Below, piece by piece: positions 1-9,098 of a stretch of DNA of 44,331 nucleotides. The DNA comes from a bacterium (GTDB lineage: Bacteria > Zhuqueibacterota > Zhuqueibacteria > Oceanimicrobiales > Oceanimicrobiaceae): NCBI GenBank assembly GCA_046757025.1, contig JBHHXN010000024.1, forward strand, positions 1 to 44,331. Reading direction: 5' to 3'. The position numbers were made by a program, and so were the translations under genes. The notes beneath the pieces are model-generated. The model made no database searches. It was given only the letters and a program-made list of their open reading frames with translations, and was not told where the DNA came from. Position 1 is the stretch's first letter. Each line of letters starts with the position of its first letter.

Positions 1-1
1 A

Positions 2-61
2 AATGAAACGACGTTGGTGGAGACAGTTTTAAAGTCTGAATGTATTATAATGGATTTCTAA
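2..61 (+). CDS. possible 3' end of a gene truncated by the window edge (...NETTLVETVLKSECIIMDF*)
   Basis: Open frame from base 2 to TAA at 59-61; too short to assign a product. Confidence 0.3.
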   Translation, partial: NETTLVETVLKSECIIMDF

Positions 62-186
62 CAAAAATTATTGATTACAATGTTAAAAATCAAAATAAGA
101 ATTTCAAGTATTTTCTTTAAATAATCTGCTTGCTTTTTTCTATTGGTAAGATTATTTTGTTTAACCTCATCAAATTGAGAATTTCA

Positions 187-627
187 ATGAACAAAAATAT
201 TCAAAAACTTCTATTTTTTTTCATTCTAATTGTGCCCTTTGGCTGTTTTTCATGTGGGCATAAGAATTCGCCCAAAGGAGTCGCCGAAGCCTTTTTATAC
301 CGATATTTTATTGAACTAAACCAGCAAGGCGCCCTGGAATTGAGTTCCGGACTCGCTGAAAAAAAATTACAAAAGGAAATCAAACTTTTGCAATCGGTGC
401 GCATGGAGCCAAATTTGGATTTGTCCAAACACAAACCTTTTATCGACTATACTCTGGTGAGCTCCAAAACGCATTCGGATCGTTCCATCACTTTTTATTA
501 TGATGTGAAGATCGAGAATAAAAGCGGGGATGAGTCCGAAAGGAAAATGGTGCTGTCTGCGGTCGATGTGGATGGTGTGTGGAAAGTGAATAATTTTGAT
601 ATTTTTGATGGAACCAACCCGAACTAA
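187..627 (+). CDS. putative lipoprotein, NTF2-like/DUF4878-like
   Basis: ATG at 187 gives a basic N-terminus, a hydrophobic stretch and CFSC; SPKGVAEAFL and C-terminal DGVWKV patterns are typical of small NTF2-like lipoproteins. Confidence 0.6.
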   Translation: MNKNIQKLLFFFILIVPFGCFSCGHKNSPKGVAEAFLYRYFIELNQQGALELSSGLAEKKLQKEIKLLQSVRMEPNLDLSKHKPFIDYTLVSSKTHSDRSITFYYDVKIENKSGDESERKMVLSAVDVDGVWKVNNFDIFDGTNPN

Positions 628-771
628 ACTTTCCTTTAACTATTTATCATTTTTCAGAACAAAAACGTTCACTCTGTTCGCAAGAATATAGATGCTTATG
701 CCGTAAAAATGGCAACGAGGTTGCCTGGCAAAGATGCATTAAAATGAATGGAAAAAAATGAGTAAAATAAA

Positions 772-1863
772 ATGAATCTGACAAAAAAAAACTATCTCGC
801 TGGCAAAGCCATTTCGCCGGCTCCGATCACTTCTGAAATCACCGTGACGGATTTGATCGAAAAATCCTTTTTAGCCTATAACGCCGCGCGTCTGCGCGAA
901 GGGTGTCAGCTTTTTACGGAAAAAATGCTGGCAGAAGATGTGACGGTGGGAATGAGCTTGACCGGCGCGTTGACGCCGGCCGGTCTCGGCATGTCCTGCA
1001 TCATTCCGTTGATCGAGAACGGTTTCGTTGACTGGATAGTGAGCACCGGCGCAAATTTATATCACGATACCCATTTCGCACTGGGGCTGACCATGCATCA
1101 GGGCACCTTCCAGGCCGACGATGTCGAACTGCGTGAACAACACGTGGTGCGAATTTACGACATTTTTTTTGATTATGAGGTGCTGCTCTCAACAGATGAA
1201 TTTTATCGGAAAGTCATTGAAGCGCCGGAATTTCAACGTTCCATGAGCACTTCCGAGTTTCACTATCTCGTGGGCAAATACGTGCACGAACGAGAGCTGG
1301 TGTTGCAGCTCAAAAGCAAATCGCTGCTGGCTGCGGCTTATTCTGCTGGCGTACCCATCTACACTTCTTCGCCGGGGGACAGCTCCATCGGCATGAACAT
1401 CGCGGCAAAAGCGCTGGAGGGGCTTTCGCTAAAACTGGATGTTTCCGCAGATGTCAATGAAACCGCGGCCATCGTGCTGAACGCCAAACGCACGGGCGGT
1501 AAAAGCGCGGTGTTCATTTTAGGAGGGGGCTCCCCCAAAAATTTTCTCCTGCAAACCGAACCGCAAATTCAGGAAGTCCTGGGGATCGATGAAAAGGGGC
1601 ACGATTATTTCCTTCAGTTTACCGACGCCCGCAGCGATACGGGCGGGCTTTCCGGGGCCACGCCTTCGGAAGCGGTGAGCTGGGGCAAAGTGGATCCCGC
1701 GGGTCTGCCGCATACGGTCACCTGCTATTGCGACGCCACCATCGCCTTACCTATTCTCACGGCTTACGCCTTAGCCAATCACCGACCGAGAAAGCCAAAA
1801 CAGCTCTATCATCGGCGAGAGGAATTGCTGGCCAAATTAACAGATGAGTATTTAAAGAAATGA
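772..1863 (+). CDS. speY: deoxyhypusine synthase-like protein (probable homospermidine synthase, SpeY type)
   Basis: Motifs [17 protein letters not shown] and [19 protein letters not shown] (catalytic Lys) of the DHS family. Confidence 0.88.
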   Translation: MNLTKKNYLAGKAISPAPITSEITVTDLIEKSFLAYNAARLREGCQLFTEKMLAEDVTVGMSLTGALTPAGLGMSCIIPLIENGFVDWIVSTGANLYHDTHFALGLTMHQGTFQADDVELREQHVVRIYDIFFDYEVLLSTDEFYRKVIEAPEFQRSMSTSEFHYLVGKYVHERELVLQLKSKSLLAAAYSAGVPIYTSSPGDSSIGMNIAAKALEGLSLKLDVSADVNETAAIVLNAKRTGGKSAVFILGGGSPKNFLLQTEPQIQEVLGIDEKGHDYFLQFTDARSDTGGLSGATPSEAVSWGKVDPAGLPHTVTCYCDATIALPILTAYALANHRPRKPKQLYHRREELLAKLTDEYLKK

Positions 1864-1958
1864 CGGCTTGCAAGAGTGCGGTAATTGCCGGATAGCTTTT
1901 TCGTTTGTGAAGGAGTTTCAAAGCAGCAAATTGTTTGAGCTCATTCTTCCCTAATTAG

Positions 1959-2112
1959 TAGAACGTTTCCTAATTAATGTTACAACAAATTGTCATTGCG
2001 AGTCCCGCGTTTTGTGCGGGACGAAGCAATCTCCTAACTTGCTGAATATCAGGAGATTGCTTCGTCGTTACACTCCTCGCAATGACTGCCATGATAATAA
2101 GGAATCGCACTA
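1959..2112. mobile_element. MITE-like element with a REP-type palindromic core
   Basis: Imperfect terminal inverted repeats TAGAACGTTTCCTAATTA / TAATAAGGAATCGCACTA (14/18) around nested palindromes GTCATTGCGAG...GAAGCAATCTCCT...AGGAGATTGCTTC...CTCGCAATGAC. Confidence 0.7.
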
Positions 2113-2113
2113 T

Positions 2114-2237
2114 TAGTGTCCCTCCGTAAAGGGCTTTTTTTTGTCATTCGCGCATCTTTAAGCGGGAATCCATTGGTCAGTTAGGCAGGAGATTCCCGAT
2201 AACGGCACTCGGGAATGACGATTACGGATGGACGCTA
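2114..2237. mobile_element. MITE-like element, family A copy 1
   Basis: TIRs TAGTGTCCCTCCGTAA / TTACGGATGGACGCTA; core GTCATTC..GCGGGAATCC...ATTCCCG...CGGGAATGAC; a second copy is inverted at 16435-16531. Confidence 0.8.
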
Positions 2238-2238
2238 A

Positions 2239-4821
2239 TTACTCTCCGATCCTGGCATCGGGCAGCGTGGCGAAAGTGTCCTCATCGTCCGTGACGGGCA
2301 AGAATTTGATATCGGGAAAACCGTTGCCATTTTCATCTGTCACCCGCAAATAGAAACCCCAGTCCTGCAGGCTGTTGCCAACTTTGATCAGCAGTTTGTT
2401 TTTGCCGGGATGCAGCACCACGGTCACGATGTCGTTATCCACCGGCACATCTTCTGTGCGGTAAACTTTCCAGACCAGCTGCCTGTTCAACCACAATTTG
2501 CACGATTCGTCGGTTGCGAGTCTGATCTGCACTATACGCTTTTCAGGCGATTCGATAAGAATCACACCATAACCCACTGACCAGGAAGATTTTTCGAGGG
2601 CGGCTTTCAAATCCACAAAACCGTCGTAGACGCCGTCCTGTGCGACCAGCCAGGTCAGAGTGCGATCTCCCTCGTGATAGGATGCCTTCGGGTCCAGACT
2701 TTCTTCGGGAGGAAAGCGGTGGTCGAAACCGCCGCGGTTTTTAAACGGTCCGATGATGCGCCATTGCTTTTCCAGCGGCGCGCCCAGGGTTTGATATTCT
2801 GACATCAGTTCTGTGGTACGATGATATTTGTTTTGAAATTGCGCCAGCAAGAATCGGGACATGACTTCCAAATCTTTTCTGCCAGCATTCTGAGAGGTTG
2901 CTAACAGTTTTTTGTAATAGGGTAAATCCTGCGCGTCATTTTCATAAGCAAGCCGAATGGCTTCCACGCTGTATTTCCACGATTGGCTGCGACTGGCGGC
3001 CGGCAATTGAGTGAGCAGCTTAAGCAGTGTTTCATTTTGACTCTGACAATACGTTCGGGCTTGTTCATAGTTTCCCAGGCGTAAATACAAAATACCAAGC
3101 AGGAGGTCGTAATTCTGTTTTTGAAGGGTACGTGTTTCACGGGCAGAGAGTTTTTCAACAAAAGGAAAATATTCTGTAGCCGGCAGGTCCGCTTGCAGAG
3201 CGAAGATTAAAAAGGCTTTGAACTCTTCCAGTGTCAACTCTTTGTTTTTAACAGAATTTTTCAATCTGGTCAAATAGTATCTGAAAACTTTACGGGCTTT
3301 GGTAGAATCTCCAATTGAATGGTAAAACTCTCCGGCCGTTAAAACGGTATATACCGATCCGGGATTAATTTTTAAGGCTTTTTGAATATTTTTTTCAGCT
3401 TGCTTGAATTTCTCAAACCGCCAGAGCAATTTGGCTTTTCTCAAAAAACCACCTGCCTGCCAACGATCATTCGCATCCTGCCGCATCCATTCTTCAATAT
3501 ATTTCAAGGCATGTTTTTCGTTGTCGAGCTCGGCGTAAACTTCGCTTAATTGTGCCAACGAATTCGAATAGTTGGGTCTTTTACTGAGGGAGGTTTTGAA
3601 TTGTTGGATGGCGTCATTAAAGCGTCCGGCCATGAGCAAAATTTCACCTTTGCTGTCATAAGGGTTGGGTTCATTGGGCGCTAATTTTTCGTACTTGTTC
3701 AGGTATCTCAGGGCGTTTTTAAAATCTCCACGCCAGGCATATAAATAACCAAGCTGGTTGTAAATGAGTTTACGTTTGGGCGCCAGTTCCAGGATGGTTT
3801 CATACTGTTCCAGGGCGCGGTCATAGTTTCGGTAGCGCATGAGATGATTGGCTAACTGCAATCGCGTATCCACGTCCCGAGGTTCAAATCGCAATAAATC
3901 CTGCATGGCCGCTACCAACTTTTCGATGTCGCCCTCGAGTCTTGCTTCCAGAAGGCGCAGAGAGATTTGTTCAGACTGCGACAGTTTGTTGATATATTTT
4001 CGTGCAGGTAAAAGCAATTTTATGGCAGCCTCTGATTGACCATACTGGGCGGTTCTTTGCGCAAGCATCAAATAGGCCGATGCAAAAGTCGTGTCCAATT
4101 CGATGGCTTTACGCAGGCAAGTATCCGCTTCCATTTGCATAAATTTGTCTTCGTATTCCCGAGCTTTGGAAAAACACTTGAACGCTTCCAACGAGCTGGT
4201 CATTTCATGCAATTTCAATCGTTGGTCTTTGACCGCAACCAAATCACCTCGCAACCCCGTTCGAACCCGGTTTGAAAGCTCATCCACCATCGCAAATATG
4301 CGTTCCAAATTTGGTCCGCTCACCGACTCCCGCTTGAGGGTGTTTTGGGTGGCGACCTCTTTAATCTCTGCGTCGATGAAAAGATGGCCGTCCTGATAAT
4401 AAAATGAGCCGGTAATAATCGTTTCTGCCTGCGCTTTTTTTGAGGTGATAAAGGCAACCTGTGGCTTTTGTAGATCTTCCGAGTTCTGGCCAATTTCGTT
4501 TGCGGATTCGTACAATTTGTTTAAGGGAATCACATTGATATATCGCGACTGCGAAAGTTCGGTTGCGAGCATATCTGCCAGACCGCGGCTCAACCAATCT
4601 AAACTTGCATCTTCGGTTTGATTTTGAAATGGCAGGATGGCGATATTTTGCTGTTCAGCCGGGGCAACTTGCAGCACGCTGGCGGCGCTTTGAATTCGGG
4701 TGTTTGTGGCGGCGGCTTCGTCGGTCAATTTGATCTTGCGTTCCCCTTTATCTGAACAAGCGGTGAACAGCGCCAGATTGGCCAGCAGATAACCGATTAA
4801 GATGACTTGAAAACGATTCAT
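2239..4821 (-). CDS. TPR-repeat lipoprotein with an N-terminal TolB_N/FlgO-like domain and a C-terminal PA14-like beta domain
   Basis: Lipobox LFTAC; IAILPFQN...DWLSRGLADMLATEL motif; many TPRs; C-terminal WRIIGPF...LHPGKNKLLIKV...WGFYLRVTD. Confidence 0.8.
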   Translation of the reverse strand: MNRFQVILIGYLLANLALFTACSDKGERKIKLTDEAAATNTRIQSAASVLQVAPAEQQNIAILPFQNQTEDASLDWLSRGLADMLATELSQSRYINVIPLNKLYESANEIGQNSEDLQKPQVAFITSKKAQAETIITGSFYYQDGHLFIDAEIKEVATQNTLKRESVSGPNLERIFAMVDELSNRVRTGLRGDLVAVKDQRLKLHEMTSSLEAFKCFSKAREYEDKFMQMEADTCLRKAIELDTTFASAYLMLAQRTAQYGQSEAAIKLLLPARKYINKLSQSEQISLRLLEARLEGDIEKLVAAMQDLLRFEPRDVDTRLQLANHLMRYRNYDRALEQYETILELAPKRKLIYNQLGYLYAWRGDFKNALRYLNKYEKLAPNEPNPYDSKGEILLMAGRFNDAIQQFKTSLSKRPNYSNSLAQLSEVYAELDNEKHALKYIEEWMRQDANDRWQAGGFLRKAKLLWRFEKFKQAEKNIQKALKINPGSVYTVLTAGEFYHSIGDSTKARKVFRYYLTRLKNSVKNKELTLEEFKAFLIFALQADLPATEYFPFVEKLSARETRTLQKQNYDLLLGILYLRLGNYEQARTYCQSQNETLLKLLTQLPAASRSQSWKYSVEAIRLAYENDAQDLPYYKKLLATSQNAGRKDLEVMSRFLLAQFQNKYHRTTELMSEYQTLGAPLEKQWRIIGPFKNRGGFDHRFPPEESLDPKASYHEGDRTLTWLVAQDGVYDGFVDLKAALEKSSWSVGYGVILIESPEKRIVQIRLATDESCKLWLNRQLVWKVYRTEDVPVDNDIVTVVLHPGKNKLLIKVGNSLQDWGFYLRVTDENGNGFPDIKFLPVTDDEDTFATLPDARIGE

Positions 4822-4926
4822 AAAACAACTCCTGGAATCAATATAGATTTAAAAAAGCATGGTGAGCGGTTTTCACATTGGTACGTTTACTTTGCGTATT
4901 AGTTTCTTGAAAAACAGAGATTTAAT

Positions 4927-6885
4927 TCAATGGTTATTTTTACGGCAATGCAGAACTACCATGGTTAAATCATCGTGCTGTTTTGCGCCTTGTGCAAATG
5001 AGTCCACTTTATCGAGAATGGTATTCTGCAGTTTTTTTGCGCTGCGCACTTCATTTTGATTGAGTAACTCCAGCAGACGGTCTTCACCAAATTGTTCATT
5101 TGCAAGATTCATCGATTCGGTGATGCCATCTGTGAACAATAGAATCGTGTCGCCATCTGCCAGGATTAAAGTGATTTCTTGCAGAGTGGCTTCGAAGATT
5201 TTGCCGGCTTCCAGCCCCAACCCAATCCCCGGTGGCGTAACAAAACTTGCATGCTGGTTGCCATTTTTATGCAGCAAGGCATTGTGTCCGGCGCGCACAA
5301 ACGTAAACGATTTTGATGTGACATTGAGTACGCCGTATATCATGGTGGCGAAAACTTTTTTGTCGAGACTTATGTAGAGTCGTCTGTTTAGAGCACTCAG
5401 CACTTTTTGCGGAGACAAATTGGCTGAAACCAGTGAAGACATCATGCCTTTGATTTCAGCCATGTAGAACGAGGCCGAGGTGCCTTTCCCGCTCACGTCG
5501 GCGATCACAAATCCGAAATGTTCTTTATCCAATTCGAAAAAATCGAAATAATCGCCGCCCACTTCGTCCGCCGATTTGCACATGCCTTCCACCTCAAACC
5601 CAGGAACGACTGGCGCCTTAATGGGCAGCAATTTTTGCTGAACTTCCCGGGCAATTTCCAGTTCTCGTTTGAGCCGTTCTTGCTCTTTCAGCTCTTCGTA
5701 CAACAGGGCATTTTCCAGCGCCACCGCGGCCTGTCTGGCCAGGGTTGCGATGAATTGTTGCGTTTTCCCATCGATGCTTTTATCCTGATGCACTAATTGA
5801 AAAATCAACAAACCAAACAATTGATTTTTAACCTGCATAGGAATGACCAGGTCCATTTGACTAAGCTGAATAGGTTTCAAAGATGCTTTAATCGCTGCCG
5901 GCGCTTCATGAAACACGATGCCATTTGTGTTTTCACAAAGAACGGCCTGGACATCTGAATCAAATAAAAGCGATTGTCCATGGTCGGGACCGGTATGATT
6001 GGAAGCGATTTCTTCGAATAAATTCGCGTCGTTTTTTTTTCGCAAATACAACCTGGTGTTGTCGGCTCCGATGGCGTTTCCAATGCGATTTCTCACCAGG
6101 CGGCCTAATTGTTCCAACTGAAAGACTTGTCCAATTTCCTGACTCAACTGTTCGATGATTTTGCGCTCCCGCAAACCCGCCGCCATTTCGTTAAATGTTA
6201 GGGTTAGCTTGCCGATTTCATCGCGCGTTTCGGCTTTGACGTTTTGATCCAGCCGTCCCTGTTTAATGGCCGCCATGGCCAGGTTCAGCCGTTCCAGCGG
6301 CCGGGTTAGATGCCGACTCAAAAAAATAGAAATCGTGCTGAAAATAAGCATAAAAATAAAAGCGATGGCCGCATTGCGCGCGATGCTGTTTTGAAGTTTG
6401 TCATTGATTTCGATGAGTGAAAATCCCACGTGGACGCTGCCGAGCACAATGTCACCCGACTGAATGTTGACCCGTTGTGTGCTCATGTCGTTTTGATTTT
6501 GTTTGGAAATCAAGCCTTTATCCAGACGCCGCACAATTTCTGCCTGAGCCGTGCGGGATATTTGCAAGTTGAAATCAATTTCTACCAGATCGGTATTTAA
6601 GGCGTGCGCGCGTAACCAATTACGAGCGTCGAAAATCGCAATGTAAATGATGTCGTCATTTAATTTGATGAAATGTGTAATGTAGGATTGATAATCCTCC
6701 CAGTTTTGCCGATCCAGCAATTGCACAGTGGCAATGTTCTCGGCGATCCTTTTCATCTGCAGTTCAAAATCCGTACGCTTGTCATGCAGCTCGCGAATGG
6801 TGAAAAAATAGGTCGCGATGGCCATGGTCGAAGCGACAATGAACGTAGTCAGGGAAATAAATTTTGCGCGCAGAGTAAATTTCAA
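4927..6885 (-). CDS. membrane-bound PP2C/SpoIIE-family phosphatase (2 TM, HAMP, GAF, SpoIIE; RsbU-like)
   Basis: Two TM helices; HAMP (TRPLERL...DEIGKL); GAF; VGGDYFD, IADVSGKG, RAGH, LFTDGITE, DDLT motifs. Confidence 0.92.
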   Translation of the reverse strand: MKFTLRAKFISLTTFIVASTMAIATYFFTIRELHDKRTDFELQMKRIAENIATVQLLDRQNWEDYQSYITHFIKLNDDIIYIAIFDARNWLRAHALNTDLVEIDFNLQISRTAQAEIVRRLDKGLISKQNQNDMSTQRVNIQSGDIVLGSVHVGFSLIEINDKLQNSIARNAAIAFIFMLIFSTISIFLSRHLTRPLERLNLAMAAIKQGRLDQNVKAETRDEIGKLTLTFNEMAAGLRERKIIEQLSQEIGQVFQLEQLGRLVRNRIGNAIGADNTRLYLRKKNDANLFEEIASNHTGPDHGQSLLFDSDVQAVLCENTNGIVFHEAPAAIKASLKPIQLSQMDLVIPMQVKNQLFGLLIFQLVHQDKSIDGKTQQFIATLARQAAVALENALLYEELKEQERLKRELEIAREVQQKLLPIKAPVVPGFEVEGMCKSADEVGGDYFDFFELDKEHFGFVIADVSGKGTSASFYMAEIKGMMSSLVSANLSPQKVLSALNRRLYISLDKKVFATMIYGVLNVTSKSFTFVRAGHNALLHKNGNQHASFVTPPGIGLGLEAGKIFEATLQEITLILADGDTILLFTDGITESMNLANEQFGEDRLLELLNQNEVRSAKKLQNTILDKVDSFAQGAKQHDDLTMVVLHCRKNNH

Positions 6886-7177
6886 AATAACATCACCTCA
6901 AATGCTTGGGGTACTAAATTCTTTCAGTGTACGTAAATATTCGCTGGATAGTCCCTTTGAAGAAAACGACTCCGTGAACTCGAAAGCCGGAACCCGACAT
7001 TTTATTATTCTCTTGATAATTTCCGGATAAAATGTAGGTTAATCTATTTAGAAAATAAAGTAAAATATTAAATTCCCAACGTTGGCCGCCAACTCTCCAA
7101 CCATGATTTGAAACCGAAGAAAATGAGTGCGGCTGACCTGTTTCATTTTTTCGACTTTAAACGAAAAGGAATCCGCC

Positions 7178-7672
7178 ATGAAAATTGCCGTGATTTCGGA
7201 TATTCATGATCACATCCACAATTTACGTCAAGCCTGTAAAATGATGCAACAGGCTGAAGCATTGCTATGCTGCGGGGATTTGTGCTCGCCATTTATCGTA
7301 AAAGAGCTGGCAGAAGGATTTCCAAACAAGAATATTCACATTGTGTTTGGAAACAACGACGGCGATTTGTTTCGCATCACCCAGAAAGCCAGCGAATACG
7401 AACATCTGTTTGTTTATGGTGAATTTTGCGAGATCGTCCTGGATTCAAGAAAGATTGCTGTTCACCATTTTGACAACGTCGGCCGGCAACTGGCCTGGAC
7501 CGCCAGGTATGATCTCGTTTGTTTTGGGCACAATCAGCAATTTGAAATTTCAAATACCGGCTCCACTCTGGTGGTCAACCCTGGCGAGATCATGGGCGAA
7601 TTGACCGGACAGGCCAGCTTTGTTATGTATGATTCGCGAAGCCATCAGGCGGAAAAGCGGGTTGTTTCATAA
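7178..7672 (+). CDS. YfcE/MJ0936-type metallophosphoesterase
   Basis: ISDIHD, CGD, GNND, FGH and NPG motifs; AAGGA RBS before the ATG at 7178. Confidence 0.88.
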   Translation: MKIAVISDIHDHIHNLRQACKMMQQAEALLCCGDLCSPFIVKELAEGFPNKNIHIVFGNNDGDLFRITQKASEYEHLFVYGEFCEIVLDSRKIAVHHFDNVGRQLAWTARYDLVCFGHNQQFEISNTGSTLVVNPGEIMGELTGQASFVMYDSRSHQAEKRVVS

Positions 7673-7801
7673 AAATATTCATTTCGCTGCTTAAAAAACG
7701 AATTGCGTTTTGCTTTAAGATGAAAGTACGAGAGAAAATGTCATGGACAAATTGAGAGACAGTATGTCGGATCAACTAAATCGCAATGAAATGTGGTGTG
7801 A

Positions 7802-8011
7802 TCAATGCTTGAAAACTAACGAAATGAACGGGCCCTGATTACTGATTTTATGCACAAGCCAGTTGCTTTTGTTTCGGATTCCGATTCGTTTACGGATTTG
7901 CTCTTTCAACGTTTCTGCGGAAACAAAATCTTGAATAGGAATGAGCTCCTCCACATAAATTGCCTGACCGTTTTGCATTTCCTTTTCCATGTTATTTTTA
8001 GATGGCATCAT
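7802..8011 (-). CDS. hypothetical small protein
   Basis: 69-aa ORF with plausible composition and no recognised motif. Confidence 0.35.
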   Translation of the reverse strand: MMPSKNNMEKEMQNGQAIYVEELIPIQDFVSAETLKEQIRKRIGIRNKSNWLVHKISNQGPFISLVFKH

Positions 8012-8447
8012 TGCGAATCGCGGGGATGAAAATTCAGGGAATCCGAATAACGGATGTAAAAACGATTAATTGTGCTCGTTTCATAATAGGAAAATATTTT
8101 ATAAGATACAAATAATATTTATAAATATTCCCATAAATTCAACCGATTCCTGCACCACTTTTTGTGCTGCAAAGTGGTCAGAAAAATAGTCGACCTAGAT
8201 CGGGAAAAACTCCGGTCGGTGTTTTTACTGGTAGAAAAATATCCGCTGGTCAATTTTGCAAGCTGTTTTCTATTGAGCGTTGGGAGGAAATCAAGTCGGC
8301 GATCATGAAAATCATTTTTGAGGAGGAAAAAATGTTGTCATGACCGCCTTTAAGAACAGGTATGTTATTTGAATTACAATTACGACAAGTGAATATTCCA
8401 ATGAAAAAGCCTATCAGAGACCGTTGCAATACGAGTAAATTTCTACA

Positions 8448-8601
8448 TTTGGATTATTCACAAACCAGGATTTTACGCTCAAAATCGAAAAACTGAGTTT
8501 TGAAAAACACATTCGGTGTTCACGCTTCAGCGTGTCCTGGCAGCCTAAAGGCTGAACACCCAACACGTTCGCTGTCCTCTCTTTTGTATGAATAATTCAG
8601 G
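8448..8601. mobile_element. MITE/REP-like element
   Basis: Imperfect TIRs TGGATTATTCACAAA / TGTATGAATAATTCA; internal palindrome GGTGTTCACGCTTCAGC...GCCTAAAGGCTGAACACC. Confidence 0.55.
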
Positions 8602-8706
8602 TACACAAATTTAACGAAAGAAAGCCAGTCATTTTTTGTTCATCCAATTTTAATTGATCATGCTCATTCCAGCCATACCATTGGATAATTTCGTCCGGAA
8701 TTTTTC

Positions 8707-8734
8707 TTGACTAGTTATAAAATATTTTTATATT
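8707..8734 (+). promoter_or_regulatory. sigma70-like promoter
   Basis: TTGACT-N16-TATATT in an AT-rich intergenic region upstream of the TPR gene. Confidence 0.4.
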
Positions 8735-9098
8735 GAATGAAGTCTCAAATAGACACCATTTTCAAATTTCCGACATTTCCTCCTTCCGAAATACGAAGCG
8801 AGTAATCATATATCATCTGGCACTGCTTCCTGGCTACATTCACTTTCTCATGCACAACCAGGTACTATCGTATCATGTTGTGGAGGTTGTCGCTTATGGT
8901 TTGTTTTGTCAACCTGGCTTTCGTCGTCATTCATTCTTGTAAATTCAAGTTACATCAAAATACATCATGCATCTGTTCGTGGCAAAGGTCACTTGCTAAT
9001 GAAATTCACTTTGATTTTGTCTGATACTCCGACCGTAAGCCGAAAAAGTTTCAGGCTGTATTTTTGGCAGGATTCGGAAATTAATCGTCAGCTTCCAC

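Noticed and set aside
628..771. Riboswitch upstream of the DHS-like gene, or c-di-GMP riboswitch upstream of che genes
   Set aside because: Only weak hairpins; no recognisable aptamer consensus.
8745..8950. Possible HTH pseudogene on the minus strand (LNLQE*MTTKARLTKQTISDNLHNMIR*)
   Set aside because: Short, interrupted by stops, and the resemblance could be chance.
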